From a virus (lineage: Duplodnaviria; Caudoviricetes), in IMG/VR virus record IMGVR_UViG_3300045242_000078, positions 1-51,268 of that record: a stretch of DNA of 51,268 nt, one strand, 5' to 3'. The notes below the pieces were generated by a model. That model was not told the origin of the DNA. It searched no databases and was given only the letters and a program-made list of their open reading frames with translations. The first letter of the stretch is position 1. Every line of letters starts with the position of its first letter. The position numbers were made by a program, and so were the translations under genes. Below are positions 44,751 through 51,268 of this stretch, in pieces.

Positions 44751-46310
44751 TCAGACTTTCCCGGATTGCGTGGCCGGCAGCTTGGCGCCGAGCGTGCCCA
44801 ACATCGTCATGAAGTCGCTTAACGCCTTCGCCGCCGCCTGATCCCCTGCGATCTGCGCCTTGATCGCCTCAACCTGCGTCTGGTCGGTCACATTCAGTTC
44901 GTTCAGGCCCTGGGTGAGCAGGTTTTGCCTTGCCTGCTCGGTCTGCGCATCGGCTTGCTGGTTGATGTTGGCGATCGTGCCCTGCAACTGGCTGCTATCG
45001 GGGATGCCCGCTTTCGCGTAGAAATCGTTCGCCCGGTTGATCGCCGCCTGCTTGGTCTGCTGGATGTTGAAGGCGTCGGCGGCGTTGATCGTCCCGGCCT
45101 TGTACTGGGCGAGCAACTGATTGGCGATATCGCGCTGCGGTCCGCCTAGTGACTTTATCTCGTCGAAGTACTTATTCGCGTTGCTGCTCGATGTCGCCAA
45201 ACCGGCCAGCCCGCCGATGGCCGGGGCGAGCTTCAGGAGGTCGCTCGCATTGCTTGGCAAGCCGGGAACGCCTGAACTTGGCGCCCCAGGAGCGCCGCTG
45301 ATCGGGTTTCCGAATAAATCCGTGTTCGTATCGGTGCCCGGCGCAACGTCGGATAGGGGCGTGTCCGAAGGCGCCTGATGCACGGTATTGAACGATCCGC
45401 CTTGCTGGTTGATGAAGTCCTGAGCGGTGCCGAGTTCGGCCGGCTGGTTTGCGCCGCTACCGACCAGAGATTTAGCCGCAGCCGCGGTCGATGCGCCGGC
45501 GGCGGTCGTCTGGAGTGGCGACAGACCGGACCCGCCGGCGGTAGGAGTAGCAGGCGCCGTCGGCGCAGTCGGGGCGGTTCCGGCTGGAGGACCTGGCGCG
45601 GTCGGCGCCGGCGATGCAGCCGGAGGCGTGGGCGCCGTTTCAGGCAGCACGGCGCCAGGCGCGGCGGCTTCCGGCAATGCCGAGGGCAAGCCCTGCGCCG
45701 AAGCGTTGGCAGCGGTAGGGAGCCCGGCGTCGCTGGCCGCACCGGGAGCAGCTTGCGCCGCGAGCCCGCCAGCGGCACCACCGACTGCGCCCGCGGTCGC
45801 AGCGTCAAGGCCCCAATTCGCGGTATTGCCTGCGATCAACGATCCAAGCGCATCGCCACCACCCGCCCCTACCGCATTGGCAGCCTCCAGCGTGCCGGGA
45901 GCAGCACCGAAACCTCCCGCTGCGCCAGCCGCACCGCCAAGTGCGCCCGCCGCCGCCGGCAGGAACGCCGAGCCCGCCGCCAGCCCGCCGATGATGCCGC
46001 CGACTCCTGGGCCGAACGGGTTAGCGTTGCGCGCCTGATTCGCTGAAAGCTGTTGCTGCCACTCTGGCGTGACCTTTCCAGCGGCATCCGTGACCATGAC
46101 CGGTTGACCGTCGCGCCCCGGAGCAAACGCAGGCTGCCCAGGAGGCGGAGCGTTTTGCGAAAGCGCTCCCGTAACGTCGTTCTTGTACCAGATTTGAGTG
46201 TCATCACCACCAGGAATGAACTTGTTGTCTGTGACCATCACCCATCTGCCAACAGGAGCGGCTTGCTGCACCCCGCCCGCCGTGGCCGATTGTTGAGGTA
46301 AGGTAGCCAT
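44751..46310 (-). CDS. Ejection/pilot protein 1 (copy 2)
   Basis: Duplicate of 3280-4848 with variant C-terminus. Confidence 0.55.
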   Translation of the reverse strand: MATLPQQSATAGGVQQAAPVGRWVMVTDNKFIPGGDDTQIWYKNDVTGALSQNAPPPGQPAFAPGRDGQPVMVTDAAGKVTPEWQQQLSANQARNANPFGPGVGGIIGGLAAGSAFLPAAAGALGGAAGAAGGFGAAPGTLEAANAVGAGGGDALGSLIAGNTANWGLDAATAGAVGGAAGGLAAQAAPGAASDAGLPTAANASAQGLPSALPEAAAPGAVLPETAPTPPAASPAPTAPGPPAGTAPTAPTAPATPTAGGSGLSPLQTTAAGASTAAAAKSLVGSGANQPAELGTAQDFINQQGGSFNTVHQAPSDTPLSDVAPGTDTNTDLFGNPISGAPGAPSSGVPGLPSNASDLLKLAPAIGGLAGLATSSSNANKYFDEIKSLGGPQRDIANQLLAQYKAGTINAADAFNIQQTKQAAINRANDFYAKAGIPDSSQLQGTIANINQQADAQTEQARQNLLTQGLNELNVTDQTQVEAIKAQIAGDQAAAKALSDFMTMLGTLGAKLPATQSGKV

Positions 46311-46319
46311 GATCTGTCC

Positions 46320-46658
46320 TTAAAGTCCGAGCGCCTGCTCGATTCTCTGATGCGCGAACGTGTGATTCTGCTGCCAGTCCTCGGCCTGCGCGCTGTCTTT
46401 CGGATCAAGCGTATCGAGGTCAACCGGTAGCGGCAGCCCGAGCGCCGTTGCAATCGAAGCGTGCACCTCGGCGTGCAAGTTCAGCCAGTCCTCGGTAATG
46501 CCGCCCGTCGTGAATAGCGGGTAATGCGCGCTCACCACCTGCAACTGCTCCATGAGGGCGCCATAAATCGTTTCGTGCGCGAGGTCATTCAAATCCAAGA
46601 ACTGCACCAGAGCACCCGCGTCCTGCATGTCGAAATCTTGCAAACTGCTCAAGTTCAT
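46320..46658 (-). CDS. Duplicate of 4858-5196
   Basis: Identical translation. Confidence 0.65.
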   Translation of the reverse strand: MNLSSLQDFDMQDAGALVQFLDLNDLAHETIYGALMEQLQVVSAHYPLFTTGGITEDWLNLHAEVHASIATALGLPLPVDLDTLDPKDSAQAEDWQQNHTFAHQRIEQALGL

Positions 46659-46660
46659 GG

Positions 46661-47293
46661 TCAGTAGCGATACCACGCTCTGAGTTGGTCCCCGGTCTGC
46701 GGCGTTGACGCAGCCACAAACGTAATCGTCAACCCGGCCAGGTTGTAATCTATGCCGGCAAGGTACGATGTCCCGTCCTTGTGCGTTAGCAGCAGGCTCG
46801 CCGCAGGCGTCGGCGCGTGGGCGAGCGTGAATACTTTGTTTCCTACCGTGCCCGCGCCGTTGATGGTGCCAACTGGAGTTTCGTTATCGGCAAACTGCGG
46901 CCCGCCCGTCGCTTGTCCGACCAGCTTGTATTGTGTTCCGTCGTACACCACCGACACCACCGCGCCCGAGCGGATCGTGCCCGCGGCAATCGCGCTTCCG
47001 TCGAAGTTCGTAATCGGCACCGTGCCAGTACCATAGGCATTGAGCGTGGAGGCCCCGGTGTTGGTCGTCGCCGCGAGGAATTGAATCGCAAGCCCCGCCG
47101 CGAGCACCGCCGTCACGCCGACAGGCAGGCTCACGATGTACACGTTCGCAGCGCCGGTATCGACCAGATAATTGCCGAACGTATTCGTGCTCGCAATCGC
47201 CGCTTTGAGCGCCGCGAAATTCGCATCCAGTTGAACGAGGCTCCAGGGTGCCGAGAGGTTCGCAAAGGTGGTGATCGTTACTGGTGCTGGCAT
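46661..47293 (-). CDS. Duplicate short tail fibre-like protein
   Basis: Identical translation. Confidence 0.6.
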   Translation of the reverse strand: MPAPVTITTFANLSAPWSLVQLDANFAALKAAIASTNTFGNYLVDTGAANVYIVSLPVGVTAVLAAGLAIQFLAATTNTGASTLNAYGTGTVPITNFDGSAIAAGTIRSGAVVSVVYDGTQYKLVGQATGGPQFADNETPVGTINGAGTVGNKVFTLAHAPTPAASLLLTHKDGTSYLAGIDYNLAGLTITFVAASTPQTGDQLRAWYRY

Positions 47294-47303
47294 GGTGAAT
47301 TCT

Positions 47304-48833
47304 CTACTGTGCGCGAGTCGCCCAATCCGTCGAGCGGCTGTATTGCGTCAAGAACCCTTCGACGATGTACGCGGGAGAACTGGACGTCATCGTGAATCCA
47401 AGATATCGACCCTTGAACTCCGCGTCGCCCTGGAAAATGTTGAAGCCAGAAAATATCCAGTCCCCGGTGACCAGCGCCGCATTGATCCACTCGCCCAACT
47501 GCCCGGCGGCGTTGAACCATTGCCCGGTGTTCGTTGCCGAGAGCATCACTGGCACGGTGCCGAAGTCGGAATCGAGCGACAAGCTCAACCAGAAAGGATG
47601 TGCAACCGTGGTGACTTCGACCCCGGCCTTTTGGCCTTCCTTCATGCGCGTGGGCTCTTTCATTGGCCAGAGCGCCGTCTGAATCTTGGTGTCAATCGGC
47701 GCCGTGGTATCTGAAAAGAGCTTGTAGATGTTCGTGCCGTCCGTGCCAAAGAGCGCCGTTTTCTCCGCCTGGAAGCCGCCCGCAATGAGGGTGAGCGCGT
47801 CGCCTTGGCTGGCGAGGAACCACTTGTCATTGAAAAGAATCGCTAGAAGCGCCCGCTCGCCGCGCGCGGCATCGTTATAGCGAAACAGAAACGCGAGACA
47901 CAAAATCTGGTAGATGTTCGCCGGCCCCCCTGAAACTAAGTCCTGATAAACCAAGTCCCGAAATACGCCGTCCAGCTTGTCTGAGATTTTCTGCGGCGTC
48001 GCGCCGTTGAGCACATAGAAGCCGCTATCGGTGACGAACGCTACAAGCCGGTAGTAGGCGAAAATCGACATGCGCTGCGTCGATCCGATCAGGGCGGAAA
48101 TGTTCGTGTTGGAAAAAAGCGTCGGCGTCGGCGTGCCGGTGCCCAAGCGCACGTCCGACACGATGTTGAACGACGTGTTCCCCGCGATGTAGATAAAATT
48201 ATTCGCCGTGAAAAGCGCCGTGATGTTCGAATGCAGCGTTTCGTCGGTGACGATGAAGGTGCCGCCCGAGCTCGCCGTGGTGAAGTCCTGATAGCTGTTC
48301 GGACCTGAGAACGTGATCGTGCGCAGGAACCCGACCCACACGCGGCCCGCGTAGGTGGCGATGGTCGCGCCGAACGCAGGCGCCCCGGTGATTGAGGCGA
48401 GCACCACAAGCCCGCCGATAGGGTCCCAACTCCAGTATCCGTTCGCAGCAACGATCAGCGCGCGCTCGTTTTTCCACTGCGCGATTGAGACTTGCCCGAC
48501 GAACGTGCCGCCCGCCGCTATCACGGTCACGGCGAACGTGGCGAGGTTCAACGCGTGCCCGCCGCCGCCCACGTTGAAGCACAATTGAAAATCCACGTTG
48601 CCGATATTCGCGTACTTCCAATAGTTGATGGTCACCGCCGGAATCGTCGCAACCAGCGTCGGCGCAGGAATGCAGCGCAGGTTCGCATACCCGACCGGCA
48701 TCACGTTTTCAAGCCAGGAGAATTCTTTCTCGTCAATCGCCGTGCGCTGCGCCTGCGTGTTGATGCCGGCGAAGTCCTTTACGCTCAGGTCTTGATCTAG
48801 CGTTTCAGCAGCGAGTGCGCGCGCGTTCACCAT
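47304..48833 (-). CDS. Duplicate tail nozzle protein
   Basis: Identical translation. Confidence 0.65.
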   Translation of the reverse strand: MVNARALAAETLDQDLSVKDFAGINTQAQRTAIDEKEFSWLENVMPVGYANLRCIPAPTLVATIPAVTINYWKYANIGNVDFQLCFNVGGGGHALNLATFAVTVIAAGGTFVGQVSIAQWKNERALIVAANGYWSWDPIGGLVVLASITGAPAFGATIATYAGRVWVGFLRTITFSGPNSYQDFTTASSGGTFIVTDETLHSNITALFTANNFIYIAGNTSFNIVSDVRLGTGTPTPTLFSNTNISALIGSTQRMSIFAYYRLVAFVTDSGFYVLNGATPQKISDKLDGVFRDLVYQDLVSGGPANIYQILCLAFLFRYNDAARGERALLAILFNDKWFLASQGDALTLIAGGFQAEKTALFGTDGTNIYKLFSDTTAPIDTKIQTALWPMKEPTRMKEGQKAGVEVTTVAHPFWLSLSLDSDFGTVPVMLSATNTGQWFNAAGQLGEWINAALVTGDWIFSGFNIFQGDAEFKGRYLGFTMTSSSPAYIVEGFLTQYSRSTDWATRAQ

Positions 48834-48834
48834 G

Positions 48835-49686
48835 TCACGAAACCGCGTAAGGGTGTTTCAGGCGACGCGTGTACGCCGAGTTGATCGCCTTGATGACTTC
48901 ATTGTTGTAGCGTTGGTAAAACATCTCGGCTTCGCTCCACTTCTGCGCCTTGATCTTCGCCAAGTGCGCCGCGAAATACTGCACCGGGTCTTGCATCACA
49001 ATCGGAATCACTTCCAGACTCGTGTTATCCACGAGCGGCGGCGGCTGCTGCACCGAATCGAAGTCCGCCTTGTACGCCTGATCCGGGATGCGCGCGATGT
49101 ACGTTTGCGTGTAGCCGTAGATGGAAAAGACAACGGGCCTGCCGGGGGTTCCGACAAAACTGCGCGCGAGCGCGTTGAAGGTGGACCAGTCCCGGTAGGC
49201 AAGCACGATGCGCGAATTGCCCGAGTACACCGTGAGGTTTACGCAGTCAATCGTGCTCGAATTGATGAAGTAGGCGGTTGCCGCGGAGCCGGTTCCGGGC
49301 CCGCCGAAACTAACCGCGGGCGTGCTCGCGTACAGCGTCCCCGGATTCGTCACCACGATGTCCGTCACCGCGCCCCCCGTGACTGTGGCAACGGCAGTCG
49401 CGGTTACACCGCCGGTCACTCCCGGTCCGGCGATGGTGACGGCGGGCGCGGTGACGTAGCCGGTACCGGGCGATGTGATCTGGAAGCCCGTCACGGAACC
49501 GAATGGGTAAACCTCAACGCCAGTCGATAGGTAGAGCGTCTGGAGCAGACGGTTGCAGCCGGTATCGCGGACTACGCGCGTGCGGGCGGCGTTTACGTAG
49601 TCGCCGATCTCCGCGACGCTCGTAAACTGTCCAGCTGCGTCGTGCAGGAGCCTTTGGACTTGGATTACGTACTGGTTTAGCGCCAT
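48835..49686 (-). CDS. Duplicate head-tail adaptor
   Basis: Identical translation. Confidence 0.6.
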   Translation of the reverse strand: MALNQYVIQVQRLLHDAAGQFTSVAEIGDYVNAARTRVVRDTGCNRLLQTLYLSTGVEVYPFGSVTGFQITSPGTGYVTAPAVTIAGPGVTGGVTATAVATVTGGAVTDIVVTNPGTLYASTPAVSFGGPGTGSAATAYFINSSTIDCVNLTVYSGNSRIVLAYRDWSTFNALARSFVGTPGRPVVFSIYGYTQTYIARIPDQAYKADFDSVQQPPPLVDNTSLEVIPIVMQDPVQYFAAHLAKIKAQKWSEAEMFYQRYNNEVIKAINSAYTRRLKHPYAVS

Positions 49687-49698
49687 TGCGCGGGCTTG

Positions 49699-50112
49699 TT
49701 AGCCCGCTTGCGCTTGCCGAGCGGCTGCGAGCTTCTGAAGTGGACCGACCCTGCCGTTAGCTACTCCCGGCGCGGGGTAGGCAGTCATCCCCGCGCCGGT
49801 TTCGTCATCACCAGCCGGGACGGAGGGGCCGGAGATTGGTTGATGCGCGCGCGCTTCTTTCTCGGTAAGATGAAATGAGAATTCCGAAAGCCGTTCCAGC
49901 GCCTTCGGCATGTCGTCCAGCGTGAAGGCGAGCCCGAGCCGGCGAATGACGCGCGTCTTGTCCTCTTCGCCGAAACCGAGGCAGAGTTCGGCGGTTTCGA
50001 CCAGCATTTCCTCCACGCCACCAGCCGGGATGGTGAAGTCCTCGCCGTTGTAGCGGTCGCGGAAAGGTTTGTCGCCGTGATTGGCAACCCATACGGTTTG
50101 CTGGCGGATCAT
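49699..50112 (-). CDS. Variant of 8237-8650
   Basis: Few substitutions. Confidence 0.7.
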   Translation of the reverse strand: MIRQQTVWVANHGDKPFRDRYNGEDFTIPAGGVEEMLVETAELCLGFGEEDKTRVIRRLGLAFTLDDMPKALERLSEFSFHLTEKEARAHQPISGPSVPAGDDETGAGMTAYPAPGVANGRVGPLQKLAAARQAQAG

Positions 50113-50375
50113 GATGCGAGTTCCCAATCGATAGCGAGCAGATCAGTTTGAGAACACAGCCATGGAACGATGTCGCCGGTTGCCGTTTTCATGTCCACGT
50201 GCGCGTGATAAGTGATCTCGGTTCCGGGAGGATAGATTCCGAGCAACGGCGGGCGGTTGACTTCGAATTTGCTGCCCGGAACGAGGAACAGGAACATGCC
50301 TTTTCCGTTCCACCCGGAACGCGCCACTCGCGCGCCGTCTTGCATCTCCTTAACCGCCCACCCGATACCGTTCAT
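50109..50375 (-). CDS. DUF2829/Tad2-like protein (variant Y)
   Basis: Same motifs as 8647-8913, mostly synonymous differences. Confidence 0.8.
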   Translation of the reverse strand: MNGIGWAVKEMQDGARVARSGWNGKGMFLFLVPGSKFEVNRPPLLGIYPPGTEITYHAHVDMKTATGDIVPWLCSQTDLLAIDWELAS

Positions 50376-50403
50376 AGTTTGCCCCTTCGATCCACGTGGA
50401 ACC

Positions 50404-51268
50404 TTACAGCGGCAGCAGGTACGACAGGTCGGACGCCGCGCCGCCGACGGTCTGCGCGACAATGGTGATAGCGGCGGAAATCGTGCCGTTGGAGTCGCTG
50501 GCATACGCAATGCCGGTCGGAATGATCTGGTGCAGCCCGCCATCCAAGAACGTCACGCCGCCCGTGGCCGTGGTGTTGAACGCCGTGTAACCAGGACGCG
50601 GAACGAATAGCCCCGTGGTGATTGCCGGATTCGTGTTGATGGATTGCGCCGTAGCCAACGCGCCGATTGCAAATCCGATGTTGCCGGTTCCGAGGTTCGA
50701 TGCTGCGGTCTGCGCCACGCCCGTCGTGATCGTGAAGCACATGATGGCAGTTGCAGCCGGGGTGCCGGTCGTCGGCGCGAAGGTGAACGTCGGCACGGAG
50801 GTCATGCCCGCGCCGTTGTTCGCCACCGTCAGCGCCGTGTAGCCGCCGGAGCCTGCGAGTGTCGCATTCACTGTCAGCGCGCCGCCTGTGCCGGTCGTGT
50901 CGCCTGGTGCGCGCGTCACCGTCACCGGAGGCGCCACCGTGTAGCCTGCGCCCTGATTCGTGACGGTCACCGCGTTGATGGCGCCGGCGGACACCGTACA
51001 GAACGCCGTCGCAGGGACCCCGCCAAGCGGAGGCGGGCCGATCTGCAAGATGGGCGCGCGCGTGTAGCCCGTTCCGCCCGCCGTAATGGCAATCGTCGTA
51101 TTGATCGCCCCGCCGACGATTGCATTCACCGTTGCGACAATTGAGCCGCCGGCGGCGGACATCGTAATGGTCGGGCTCGCCGCCGTGCCGTTCCCCGTGC
51201 CAGCAGGATAGATGCCGTTGGTCAGGCCCGTTCCCGCAGTCGTCAGCGACGCCCCAACCATCGTCCCG
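50404..51268 (-). CDS. Variant of decoration protein 8942-10051, 5'-truncated by window end
   Basis: Near-identical protein, many synonymous changes. Confidence 0.65.
   Translation of the reverse strand, partial: GTMVGASLTTAGTGLTNGIYPAGTGNGTAASPTITMSAAGGSIVATVNAIVGGAINTTIAITAGGTGYTRAPILQIGPPPLGGVPATAFCTVSAGAINAVTVTNQGAGYTVAPPVTVTRAPGDTTGTGGALTVNATLAGSGGYTALTVANNGAGMTSVPTFTFAPTTGTPAATAIMCFTITTGVAQTAASNLGTGNIGFAIGALATAQSINTNPAITTGLFVPRPGYTAFNTTATGGVTFLDGGLHQIIPTGIAYASDSNGTISAAITIVAQTVGGAASDLSYLLPL

Larger units (their letters stand above)
3488..44949. mobile_element. Complete ~41.46 kb podovirus-like phage genome unit (closes on itself at offset 41462)
   Basis: Terminase, portal, capsid, tail, lysis, replication and recombination modules are each present once; sequence after 44949 repeats sequence after 3487. 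Confidence 0.9.
41454..51268. repeat. Long direct repeat, copy 2
   Basis: Same gene order and sequence as 1-9806. Confidence 0.95.

Overview
This window holds a tailed dsDNA phage with podovirus-like gene content: terminase, portal, scaffold, major capsid, adaptor/nozzle, three ejection-type proteins, and no tape measure. Positions 3488-44949 form one complete ~41.46 kb circularly closing genome. Both ends of the window (1-3487 and ~49838-51268) come from a related second variant, joined through an apparently identical ~4.9 kb block (3488-8375 = 44950-49837, offset 41462). Most genes are on the minus strand: tail and lysis genes (35-41.5 kb), replication genes (primase Zn-finger, AAA helicase, iteron-like ori), RuvC, KTSC, terminase and head genes. 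A plus-strand early operon (28.5-35.1 kb) carries ERF and YqaJ recombination genes. I recognised no integrase, DNA polymerase, tRNA or CRISPR array. The strongest observations: (1) a small twin-arginine-signal protein whose C-terminus is a diverged copy of the phage's own major-capsid N-terminal segment, one of three stand-alone fragments of larger phage proteins; (2) a co-swapped C-terminal/N-terminal 'docking pair' in adjacent ejection proteins between the two variants; (3) an FNR-type box exactly at -41.5 of the early promoter; (4) an unannotated 11-aa protamine-like peptide in the head module; (5) a Tad2/DUF2829-like gene inside the virion module; (6) three HNH genes next to synonymously recoded tracts of the capsid and terminase genes. 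All product calls rest on motif recognition by eye; no searches were run.
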